Assembly (NCBI GenBank): GCA_024704765.1
Contig: JAKMXF010000222.1
Span: forward strand, 1,740,400-1,804,399
DNA from: Oopsacas minuta
Taxonomy: Eukaryota > Animalia > Porifera
Reading direction: 5' to 3'
Length of the DNA stretch: 64,000 bases
Of the stretch, positions 1 to 10,077 are shown piece after piece. Positions within the stretch are counted from its first letter, which is position 1. The number at the start of each line of letters is the position of its first letter. The translations under genes were made by a program, and so were the position numbers. Below the pieces are notes generated by a model. The model was not told where the DNA came from. It saw only the letters and a list, made by a program, of their open reading frames with translations, and did no database searches.

Positions 1-358
1 ATTTGAATAGAATACTATTACAGAAATCTATACAGTCATAGTTGCTTTATCTGACCCGCTTATTATGAATCAATTCCCATATTCCCATAGGATTCGCATT
101 AAATTCAGTTCGCTTAACCCTAATAAATTAGTGTTCTGATTCATTACGCTCCTAATTAACACATAGACGTAATCAGCGGATATGAAGTCCCTTTATTATG
201 TACAAGATTTTGGTCCGTGGGGGTTCACAATAGGCGATCCAGTAAGTGTCTCATGTCGTGAAGCGAGGCGACTTAGTATAGTAAGTGAAAAGAATCGAAA
301 TAGTATGTATAATAATAAAATCGACATCAGTGTTAACAATTTTCGCAAATTGATCAAA

Positions 359-1744
359 TTAAATAGTAGGATGAGTAGATTGAGCACTGTCCAGTCGAAA
401 TAAGGTTATGTATCCCGCAGAGTTGGCAGCTAACAAGTACTCTCCTGTGTGGTCAAACGTGACAGAAGATACAAAAGTCTGTGGGATAGGACTGTAGAGA
501 AACCGGTTACATACAGGCACTGAAGACTTCTTATTGTACACATACACTCTGTTATCCTCTGAGCCTACAGCTATCAGTTCAGATGTAGAAGATAGACCTG
601 TAAAGTTTCGGTTATTCTTATGAGACGAATATTCTCCGACACAATCTCCTGCTTCAGACCAGCAGCACACTTTAGAGTCAATCCCTGATGAGATTATGTG
701 CTCGCCACTTAGAGAGACATAGGAGACTGCTTTGTTGTGACGTGATCTTGTGAATTGGAGGATTGGTTTCTTGGAGTTACGTATGTCGTATAGTGTGATT
801 GATCTATCAGCACAGGTTACGCATAGTTCGGTAGGCTTGCGAAATTTAACACAGGTCGTGCTATCTACCATCTTAAGACGCGTGACTACCCACGCCCTAA
901 GAAAATAAAACATGTATCTTCACCATTAGTTGTATCTGTGAGTAGCCCAATAGAGAGCTGTGTTACCTTACATTTTGTGGAATATCCTCCTGTCTATTAT
1001 GGCTGCTGTGCCATCGTGAGAGGCAGAGGCTAAGAGACCAGGTTGTTGTACGTGAGAGTCAATGGACCAAACTTTGCCGGGGAAAGATGCAATTTCTATG
1101 GGGTCCTTCTTGCGAGATTCAATCGCGAAACTCTTCACAATTCCGTCGTAGCAGCCAGCGAATAAATTGTCAGAATCATTTGAGAATATTACACTTGAAA
1201 TCTGAATAAGCAGGAATATGTAAAACACAACAAATGTATATTATGAATTTTCTACTCATAAATAGGTACGAACATTCACCTTAGAATTTGCGTAAACTTG
1301 CCAAAATGCTCGAGGAGGTTCTGGGTGGTTTAATGCCACAGAGTTTGCAAAGTCATACAACATCAAGTATTTATTGATTCCGCCAGTCGCGTATTGAGTG
1401 TTAGAATTGTTGAATGAAATAGAGCTGATAATATCTGAACAACCTTTATAACAGTGAACTTCATCCATGGTTAACGCTGGAGAATCAGGGGAGGGGGCTA
1501 TTTGACAAATTTCAATATGATCAATACCTAAAGAAAAAATAGTAAAAGATAATACTCACAGGAGTTGACTCTACTTCTATTCATTCAATCGAAGTAGAGT
1601 CAACTCCCGTGAGCTTCGAGATACTGGAGTTGAATGTATGTATATATTTAATAGAAACTAACCATCTTCTCCACTGCGATATCTTTTTGGTTGAGAAGAG
1701 TAGTTAGGAGAATTATGCCTCTTCAGGTTCATAGGTTGAGACAT
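359..1744 (-). CDS. COP1-like: COP1-type WD40 beta-propeller protein with no RING or coiled coil, about 365 aa; exons 1744-1663, 1527-1280, 1201-972, 896-359
   Basis: The spliced frame is continuous (1098 nt) with GT-AG introns. Motifs follow the COP1 WD40 domain in order: SDIISSISF (SNIVSSIEF), GINK (GVTKK), KVWSIDS (RCWSVDF), LYDIRNSKKP (YDLRNTKQP), HNKAVSYV (HRKAVSYA), NRNFTGL (EKNFVGL), IAVGSEDN (IACGSENN), AANSAGYI (AANSQGTI). Confidence 0.85.
1555..1638. repeat. 17-bp perfect inverted repeat plus a MITE-end-like remnant in intron 1 of the COP1-like gene
   Basis: GGAGTTGACTCTACTTC (1561-1577) pairs with GAAGTAGAGTCAACTCC (1591-1607). The arms resemble the CAGTCAACTCCCGT terminal repeat of the MITE at 38621-38810. 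Confidence 0.75.
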
Positions 1745-1974
1745 GAGTAATTTTGGATAATTTTTGGGAGATGCTAATTTTGTCAAACAAATTGGAGAAT
1801 AATTAAATTTAAATTTTTGTTGCAATTTTAAATTACTTAATGTGAATGCAGTTCGTATTGAGCAATGCTAAAAAGACATACTACAAGTTTGTAGCAATAT
1901 TCACAGGAATAGCGCACTATCAGTGCCTCAATTCAAAAGTTACTGTAGTGACCAGGTTGTAACCTCTTAAAGAA

Positions 1975-4900
1975 TCAAGAAACAGACTCAGATAAAAGTA
2001 ACTCTAGATGATCCAAGAACTTACTCCTTTCCTCAAGTTTAACCTCTATTATACATGGATCTAGTTGATCAGTGATAGCCTCAGCATCCAACCGCTCGCT
2101 GGTGTATTTAAACGCTCTCCCTAAGTCGTTCTTGTTGTCATCAGATGCGATAGGAGGGAGGCCCAGGAGGAGACAGTATCCCTGTGGATGATAAGAGGGA
2201 GCAGACAGAACAAAGGGTAGATTACGTGATCTTTTGCTAAGTAAGCTCCAGGAGTGTCTAATGAAGAGCGCCAGCCTCCGGAGTACAAGGGGGGTGGAGA
2301 GGAGACGCACTCCTGGAGTAGATTCATCTAAACATGCGTACATAAATGTTCCAAGGCAGATGACAAGCCTACGGTCCATACAGCTCTGTATCTACGGGAA
2401 TATTATACAATACAATCCACATTGTAAAGTTCTTAAACAATCCTGTATTTATAGCTAGTGAGAATAGCAATACACTAATGGATTGGTAGATAATTATATA
2501 ATTACAGTAATACTTACAAATCGTTAACTTCGCATTGATGTTTACAGCAATAAATTAATTAGGATACATGCCGTAACTCTGATAATCACATGGTGGATAT
2601 AGACATGCTCTTAACTAAGAATTCGAAAGAATTGGCAGGCTATTTCTCGCGGAAAGCATGATTAAATTTAAAATACTCCTCTTCTATTATTTGCATTAAA
2701 TTTCGAGATCTATATACTTTTGATTAATATTATAATATATAAAATTGTAAATCATTCACACACATTTTTGCGGTGAATGATTGCATTCTCGTAAAATTCC
2801 TGTCATAATTAAATAAATATTCACTGTAAGTTGTACCTTACCTGAGCGCGCATCAAAGATTGTACAATCTTAGCTTGTTCTATTCCTTGAAGTACTAGGC
2901 GCATGCTATCTCTTGCTAGAGCATCTTGTGCTATCAAAAAGTTATTACTTGAGAAATCAGTTTCTGTAGTAGTGCTAGAAGAGGGAGTTTCGTTCTCAGT
3001 ATTTCGTGTTGATTCAATGAGTGCAGCACAAGCTATGGCCATGTCAGCAGCAGAGAGCTTAGCTCTGTATCCATAAGCAGCATTGAAGGAGCCATAAGTA
3101 AGGTCGGATAGACCATACTTACTAGAAAGCTTCTCAAACAGAGACGGAACTTTCTCCCTCAATTGGAAATCCATAGCAGAGTACTTCTGTTGACTCTCTG
3201 TTATAGGTAGACCCATATCAGCTAGACACTCCAGCATGCGGTCTCTGCCTTTCTGGGTCCAGAGACGGAATCTACACGTAGTGTAGTCTGAACTGATCAT
3301 GCTGTCAAAAAAGGTCCAATGGCGATGAAGACAGAGTTTGAGCTCGTTTGAGAAAGAGAGTCTCAGGCCGTGTTCAGGAGCCCCACTGCTTCCGCTTGCT
3401 CCTCCGCTATCGGTTGAGTCTCTAGAGGACAGAGTAGAGGTGAAATCTATATTATTAAATCTCAATTGTTGTTTGTCTGTCTGTTTGTTTGTCCGTTGTT
3501 AAGGAAAGGATTTACGGTATGCAATTTTGAAATAATCGCCTAACTATGTATTTATCGTGTTTATCAAGGAAGTAAATAGAATTCAATAAAACTTCACTAA
3601 ATATATCGCACATGCTGAATCCGATTTTCACACTTTTGGATTAATCATATGTAAATTTATTGTTGTATGAATATAAAGTAAACAAATTATCCAAATCTCA
3701 AAATATACGTACAGGCTTGCTCTAAACGACTACCCAGGGGTAACTACGCTGAATCCGAATTTCGCAAGTTTCTCATATGTAAATTTGTTGTTGTTTTTAT
3801 GATTATACAGTAAACAAATTGTTGAAATATTAATTTATCAATTCAATTTTGCAATTTTAGACTTTGCTAAATTCTAGGCACGAAGTGCCGAGTTCCATGC
3901 GAACACAAACTTTTCGCAACCCCGCAGCGTGAGCAAGCGAACCGGCTCGTGTATTAGAAAGTTCCAGAATAGTAAACAACTTTTAAAGCTTAGGGTTATT
4001 ATAAAAGAGACGAACAATCATTTAATCAAAATAAGAACTTGCGATAACAAGAGTGATACAGAGAAGCATTCTCGAAGCGATAATTGAAATATCCAAAATG
4101 GTCGTTCTGAAGTATTCTCCGAGGAGATGGAAGATAAGATACTTAATTTCCAATTATGTGAATACTGATATCCAAGGTTGCAACCGAATAGTTAAATATT
4201 CGGTTGCAACCTTGGATTAATCATTCGTATTTAAAAATTAAATCTAAACATCATAGTGCAGTGTAAATTTGCATGTATTAACTACATATCTGCAATAGGA
4301 ATCTACTGCTATACTGCTTTTTAGCTAATTGTACAATGAACTAAATTCGGTAGTTAACTGCAACAGAACCAAAGATACCTGAATTTATTATGTCTAGCTA
4401 CATGATGTTGCAACTGCTGTACTTCTGATACATACTTCTCCTTACCCACACGCTGATGCAAATACTGATCTGTTAGACCTATGATACCCCACCAAAGTAC
4501 CTGAGGACCATCTTTACTCAGTTTCCATGCTGTGTCATACAACACAAGAGAACAACAGGTGTCATAATAGGAGAACTCGTAGTAACGGAATAGCAGATCC
4601 TCTCTCTTGTGTTCCCATTCTCTCCTCTTACGCCTACCAGCTCCTGGACCTCTACGTTGTCTCTTGGTTCTTGGTTCTAACGAATCTTCCTCTACATCTA
4701 GCTCAGAGTCAGAGGGAGCTGAGGAGGAGGATATGGGCTCTGGTTCTCCTCTTTCTTCATTTCGGTTTATCTGAAAAATATAATTAACTTCTTAAACACA
4801 AGAACAGCTGTTACTTTTATTACAAACGGAGAAGATTCAAAAGTGCCAGGTCTCCCAAAAATCATAAAAAATTATCACTTTTACTAGAATGAATACTAAA

Positions 4901-5858
4901 AGTTATCATTTCAACTATCAAGTATGCAACTTATCAATTTCTGAGTTGCTCTATAAACCAATGTTCTCAACCAATTTTATACAATTACTCCTTGATGAAG
5001 TGACATTACATCTGATCCCCCTCGCTAATCCGAACAGCACTATTTCAATTACAAAATATTCTCGTTCTGATTAGTAAAATGCATAGAAACAATACTATAA
5101 GATTTAGAAATTTTCGAAAGTTGTACAAAAGATGACAAGGCTTCGGAGCTTCTAACATGTGTAATAGTATTATGTATTCGTCCGCAGTAGAATTGGATAT
5201 AAGTAGTTCTTTTTGAAATTTTAGAATATTCCAAAGGTTGCATAATTTTAGGCCCTGTTAGGATTAGTGAGGTTATACATTGCGCATATAAGATTCAAAA
5301 AGCCCCAAGCTAGTACACAGAATAGTACTTTTGACTCATAGAAATAATTTCGTTTTGGATAAATAAATGTATCCAGAAACTTCTAGTAAAGTGCCTGGTT
5401 GAGAACTATAACCTATACTACTAATTAGATTATATATAATTACGAGAGCATACTTCATCAAGCTTTGGAATGTTTACTGTATCCCCTTCCCTGATAACTA
5501 TCTTCACTTGGTCAGATCCGTAGACATTGTCTAAATCGAGTGGTCTGTGGCTGTCTATCACGAATATTGGCAAAAGTGGATTTTCTGTGAGTGACAGTGC
5601 TTCCTGAAGAGGTGTTACAGCACCACAATTGATAGTGACAACGGAAGTAGCTTGAGAATGATGTTTCTGGAAAGCATCAGTTAGATCTTGCAATGAGGTG
5701 ACTGGTATCAGTGTGTACATAACTCCATCTGCTTGTAACAGAATTTGTAAGATTTTGCTAGCACACAAACTGTCTACATCGTTTGCAGCTAGGATTAGAA
5801 CTCGGCCCCGTTTCAATACTTGATAGAAATTCTGCTTCAGGTTGTCTGAAATGAGCAT
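1975..5858 (-). CDS. CDC45: Cell division control protein 45 (CMG helicase component), about 597 aa; exons 5858-5454, 4770-4379, 3421-2842, 2391-1975
   Basis: Collinear CDC45 motifs: DVDSLCASKILQ, INCGA, IDSHRP, LWWGIIGLTDQ, LHRHW, FRLWTQKG..L..MGLP, NDLGRAF, IEVKLEERSKFLD. All introns are GT-AG and the total of 1794 nt is in frame. Confidence 0.95.
3446..3949 (+). mobile_element. Non-autonomous Helitron, family A, in CDC45 intron 2
   Basis: A|TCTATATTATTAAATCTCAA 5' end, GTTT/GTCT microsatellite, internal GATTAATCATATG repeats, GC-rich 3' end ...GAGCAAGCGAACCGGCTCG|T; five homologous copies in the window. Confidence 0.8.
4170..4217. repeat. Perfect 21-bp palindrome with a 6-nt loop
   Basis: ATCCAAGGTTGCAACCGAATA-gttaaa-TATTCGGTTGCAACCTTGGAT; a related arm TATTCGGTTGCAACCTTG is at about 40691-40708. 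Confidence 0.85.
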
Positions 5859-6096
5859 CTGTAGCAAACAGAAAAATTCACTTGATTTAGCTATGAATAG
5901 CTATACCATACACGTAGTTCCATTTTACAACATATTTTGTTGAAATTTTATATATTTACCAGACATGTATGTAGTCAGCAGTAGTATATCTTGGAGCATG
6001 TTACTCAATTATCATAGATTAGCTGGAATGATGTAGCAATGCATCATTACTGAAATATTTGAATCAAATTACAAACAGTAAGATATCGGCTCGCTT

Positions 6097-6570
6097 ATGC
6101 GCGACATCTTACCCTCTTAAGTCTTAAAGATGTGCGACGTCCGTCCGTCAGTCCTCCCGCGCAATTGGTGCTCATATATATATACTTTGGGGTGTAGCTT
6201 TACACCTGGGGTATGAATTTTGAATTCACAACCTTTTAGTGATTAATCTTATTTTCACACTTTTCTATGTACATCGGGTTTTTTGCCCCAAAAATGCACA
6301 GAAAAAGAGGTAAAATAACCCGTTTCAAGACTAAACCATTAATTCATTGTATGCTTCGAGGGTTAAATTATTAGTCTTTACGTTCACTCTATGTATAATA
6401 AGTATAATAACTAAATTATCAATGTTTAATCATTTTGGACAATGAAAATTTCACTCAAAATCGGGTAATTTTATCAAATAAGACATTAATATGAGCAAGA
6501 TATAGGCGGCAAAATAACTCGAAAGAAAATAATCAGGGAAACAGTTACAAGGGGTTGGTAAGTATGCATT
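6097..6570 (+). mobile_element. Interspersed repeat family B, Helentron/DINE-like non-autonomous element (boundaries approximate)
   Basis: 5' imperfect inverted repeat (CGACATCTT...AAGATGTGCG), then a GTCC microsatellite and a core GGGGTGTAGCTTTACACCTGGGGTATGAATTT...GTGATTAATC shared with copies near 18.6 kb, 35.2 kb and 50.6 kb. Confidence 0.5.
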
Positions 6571-6574
6571 ATAC

Positions 6575-6622
6575 ACTAGTGAATAATTTTCTTGGGAACA
6601 CTATTCACTGTGACACGGTTGA
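6575..6622 (+). repeat. Short dispersed repeat; an inverted copy lies at about 11074-11128
   Basis: CTAGTGAATAATTTTTCTTGGGAACACTATTCACTGTGACAC closely matches the reverse complement of GTGTCACAGTGAATAGTGTT...CACTAG at 11.1 kb. Confidence 0.6.
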
Positions 6623-6933
6623 AGCGAAATTTTCACAGTTTGTTGGCGTTCGTATCAATGACAGTCCACTGTATATCTAGAGCATAAAGAGAAGATATTG
6701 CAATGTAAACCTTCACTCAAGTGAATAAAAATGGTATTTTATAATAAAAATAATAAACGTAAATACTCTACCTATGTATACATTATTAATTCCTAATCGG
6801 TTTATGCTCATAAAGCAGCAAAGTAATCTACTATTTATCTACAACACACCTTTATCGCACACGTAGTAATAGGAAGTTATACAGGAGCGTAGCAAGCGAG
6901 AGAAGTATATACAACATACAAACTGATATACAG

Positions 6934-9900
6934 CTATACAAGATGGTCCCATACTATCTTCATTGTACCAGGCTTGTCGGTAGGTTGAGTATCAGAATTG
7001 CAAGCATCCAGATTGTTATCTGTTTGATTAGAGTTGTTGGTAGAGACAATCTGCCCTGAAATTTCTTTAGATACAACATTGTCTTCCTCAGGAGCTATAG
7101 GATTAGTACTTACTTGTGAAGTACACGGATTGTCTGGGTAGTAGTCCTCGCTGAATTCATTAAAGTCTATCATGTATGTATTTTTGAGAAAAGGGTTTAC
7201 GCTAGGTCCTGTTACAGTAGCGGGAGCAGGACCGTAGAATAACTTAGTAGCTTCCTCTCTCTGTATTCTCTCTATTATCAGTTTAACCAGTTTACTATCA
7301 TTCTCGTTATCTCCTAGCTCAGTAGCTACATTGAGTGGAGGAGGTATATCTCCTCTCTTATGGTAAATAAGAATATAAGCTTCTTTAGTAGTGTCTGATT
7401 GTCCCTCCGGACTGATAACTTCAACTTTATGATCATTAAAATATCTCCACTCGTGAGTTGTCGGGTGCTTAGTGTAAGCAGTGTAGTGGCCACCGTGTAA
7501 CCCTCCGAAATGACAGACACAGCTGATTAAGTCGTATTCAGGGATATTTACTACTGAGGGTTCTGTGACGTCAGAAGAGAACACATAACTACTAAAATCA
7601 GCTGATGAGAAGGGGAAGTTGACAGGAGCATCTATCTTATCTCCTTGACTACCGTGGAATGCGAATCTCTTCAAATGTACAATCAGTGTTGTAGGGAGCT
7701 CCTTGATGCGGATAAACTTCTCTACTGATTTATTATCTTGACAAGTAGGACAGAACCACATATTCTCTGGACCAAGGATCTCCGATTGAGAGAAAGCGTC
7801 TAAACAGTCTGAAAGGGATAGAGGCTCCCTCCTCTCCTCCACCAGTGACACGTGCTCATTCTTCTGGCCAGCACTCTCAATAACAGAGTCAGGAATATCA
7901 CCAAAATCGACCTAAGTACATTGATAAAGAACTAATGAGGATATAAGTATAATTAATAATTCTTACAAAGATGCGATCTGATGGACGTATGATGACGTCA
8001 CTGAAATCTGCAGCAACTTGTCTGGTGTCCTGTAGATCATCAGTTAGACTAATTTGAAAGCTGTCATTCCTAAGAAATAGAGAAGGACGAGGTAGTTCTG
8101 TTACCCAAGAGAACAGCTGATACCCCTTCAAGTGGTTATCTACCTCCATTAGACAGGGGTGTGAGAATGTTTTGTACTTGTTATGTCTCAGATGATTATC
8201 AGTAGAGTCAGTAGGTAGTAAATGTCTGAATATCACAAATGCGGGTATCCTCTTGGTCTCAGGACAGTATGTCTGTAGCTGAGGATAGGGAATGAATGAG
8301 TCTGTAGTAGTAGCTTCTGAGCATACAGGACATGGTGTATCACCTGATTCAGTCACTCGTGAACAGTTCAGACTAAGACATGTCTCACAGAGGGTACATC
8401 CACAAGTGGGGTGTACCAGGAGATCAGTGTCTTGCATGTCTTCAAGACAGATAGCACAGGAGTGGTAGGATAGAGATGCTGCATTAACAGAGGGATTAGT
8501 CTTGTCTGTTTGTTCAGACGGTACATGTTGCATCTCTGTGGTAGTACTCACTACTCCATTGAGACCAGATGCCAGAGGTTTCTTAAGAGCTGACTCATTA
8601 GCAGGACTAGATACTCTCTCTCCCATCTCTAGACTACTAGATGTAGTAACCTTCAACTCTATAGCGTAGACAGATCTAAAGTCATCTTTTATGTAAGAGA
8701 CAAGCAAGGCATCTTGGAGTAGTCGTTGAGGAGCTTTCCCTCCAACTTCCACTATGGCTACATTTTCAGGTGAAATATCAAGATTAATCAGCTGTAGCAG
8801 AGCTTTCTTAAGGTCTGCAACATTCTGGTTCTTGTATACAGTTACCAGACACTCTGTCACTGAGATTAGAGTCCCGTCAGCTGCTAGAGAATCATTTTTT
8901 GAGTGTACAGGGTTCAAAGGACACCACGTTATCTTGAACTAAAATATGAAGCGTTAATAATATATTATGTATTATATTATAAGGCCACTGTTAGTGAAAA
9001 CTTGTTTCAGCTCCACGGCCCGCATTAAGTTTACCTGATGCATGAATATTGTCATATTTCACAACGAACATATCTTGAAGTAGAGTCATTGAAATTCTTG
9101 CATGAATTGGCCGCTTTGTATTATGAAAACCTCATAAAAATAATCAGATAACGATGATAAAATGGCGCCAAATGGATATCATGTGGAGTATAATCGAAAC
9201 CTGTTTCTCATTATTAACAGGGAATAATACAAGGATTATAACTTACCTGTCTCTCAAACCCCCTGGGGAGAGGAACAGAGAGAAAGAAGAACGGTTCCTC
9301 CAATACAGTCTCATTTCTACACTCACAACAAGTAACTTTTGTAGAGAATTTGCCTTTAAAAGTAGTCTCAACTACAGTATCACCATTAAGTGTAGTATAT
9401 TGCTCTAATCTGGGAGATTTCCTAGAAGGTTCAGTAGAATCAGAGTCATCTCGTAGGCTAGATTGTCTCACTCGTCCTGACCTGAGTACAACATTCATGT
9501 GGTCAAGAAACACACCCATAAACTCCTGACAGTCATGAGCCTTATACCCTCTGAAAGGGTGGAAAGCTTCTCCTAGGAGAGCTTTGAATGCAGTTGGTGT
9601 TAGATACGTGTATTTACCCGACCAGACAGAGCGAGCTAGTTTAGAGTAAACATTGAAAAGTAGAGTGTCAACATGTTCCAGTATCTTGTCCAGATCCTTG
9701 CTGTCAAGTTCTTCTGTTACTCCTGGACAATGCTCTAACACTGATGGAACCACATTAGTGAAATACTCAGTTAGTTGTGGTACACTTAATAGAGCCTGTA
9801 TCCCAGCATTCATGTAGCAGGTGTTCCCTAGGTTACGCAGTCCGCACACTCCAGGATATGCGTTCACATCTTCCAGGAAGGGGGGATCAGATTGTTCAGA

Positions 9901-10077
9901 AAGGAGAACATTCTCTACTCTACCCGTGTCCATTACGGGAGGTTCGTGTAAAATGTCGTGAGCAACTTTTCCAATCTCTTCGTCAGTCATCTGTGGCTTG
10001 AAATCTTCTGGGCTTAGTCCAGGTGCGTAATTGCTCTCATTCCACTCGTTATCTTCGCTTGGAGAGTCCATAGCCAT
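6934..10077 (-). CDS. Ubiquitin-specific protease (peptidase C19, USP4/11/15/19-like catalytic core) with internal Ubl-like and C4C4 RING insert, about 926 aa; exons 10077-9247, 8938-7967, 7911-6934
   Basis: Cys box GLRNLGNTCYMNA, Asp box HDCQEF, Zn ligands CCEC and CPTC, LPTTLIVHLKRF, His box CHFGGLHGGHYTAY, WRYFND. RING CAIC-x14-CGC-x2-CETC-x15-CPVC at 8458-8321. Two GT-AG introns keep the frame (2781 nt). Confidence 0.92.
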
